Notes under the pieces: generated by a model
The model's input: only the letters and a program-made list of their open reading frames with translations
Databases searched by the model: none
Told to the model about the DNA's origin: nothing
Part shown: one piece after another, positions 63,700 through 64,000 of the stretch
How the letters are laid out: every line of letters starts with the position of its first letter
Numbering within the stretch: position 1 is the stretch's first letter
DNA from: a bacterium
Lineage (GTDB): Bacteria; Desulfobacterota; Binatia; DP-6
Length of the DNA stretch: 64,000 nucleotides
NCBI GenBank assembly: GCA_026129405.1
Contig: JAHCID010000010.1
Coordinates: 4,122 to 68,121 of the forward strand
Reading direction: 5' to 3'
Program-made: the position numbers and the translations under genes

Positions 63700-64000
63700 G
63701 GCCGGCGGGCATCGTAGCCGACGCTTCCGGGGGCACCAAGGGTACGGAGCTCGCGGCCGCCCCGGGGTACCCATCCGCCTCGAACGGCTCCGCGTTTCGG
63801 CTCGGCGTCGTCGGCCCACCGGGACCGCGGGGCGCGACGGCTACCGCCGGCCCGAAGGGTGACGCCGGCGCGGCCGGTCCGCGGGGTCCCGAGGGGACGC
63901 CGGGCGTGGAGAAGCCTCGTGACCGACGTCATCGGCACGATCACGCTACGTGCGGACGCCAGCGCCCTGGCGATGCTCCGAGCGGTCCGCCGCCGGTGAC

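Noticed and set aside
61499-63739. N-terminal 360 codons of the 746-aa proB ORF and of the 387-aa obg ORF
   Set aside because: Arg/Gly-rich extensions with no similarity. True starts are set at internal Mets matching the conserved ProB and Obg N-termini.

Overview
A 64 kb, ~70% GC bacterial chromosomal segment with about 60 supportable protein-coding genes. I found no rRNA, tRNA or CRISPR. Gene content (alternative complex III plus caa3 oxidase, BamD, LapB-like, Gld-type ABC exporter) suggests a Gram-negative lineage such as Myxococcota/deltaproteobacteria-like, but that is a guess. Because of the GC content every frame has long Arg/Ala/Gly-rich shadow ORFs. I kept only ORFs whose translations have recognisable family signatures or protein-like composition. 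The window has two parts. Housekeeping modules: hisC, polA, an ECF sigma/anti-sigma pair, bamD, fabF, sdhCAB, a contiguous actABCDEF (alternative complex III)-sco1-ctaCDE-coxIV respiratory cluster, and rsfS-nadD-proA / proB-obg. Accessory-looking material: secreted Hep_Hag-like and BNR-repeat proteins, an orphan ParE/RelE toxin, a large secreted beta-helix protein, an AlgI/AlgJ-type O-acetylation pair beside a GldG-type ABC exporter, and a frameshifted membrane LuxR regulator. The most interesting region is a seven-gene, translationally coupled minus-strand cluster (29.4-34.7 kb) directly upstream of ATP sulfurylase. It combines a ThiF/MoeB E1, a Zn-ribbon threonine-synthase-like PLP enzyme, a MoaD/ThiS-type carrier ending GGR, a CysM/CysK-like cysteine synthase, a NIL-domain protein, a degenerate short E1-like protein and an unassigned 396-aa Cys-cluster protein. 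It looks like a sulfur-carrier-protein-dependent cysteine (and possibly homocysteine) synthesis system with three unassigned components. Also notable are a 178-bp element flanked by 37/38-bp near-perfect inverted repeats (27627-27804) and a small Cys-rich ORF overlapping it. Coordinates come from the ORF track with in-frame start refinement; allow a few nt of error at starts.
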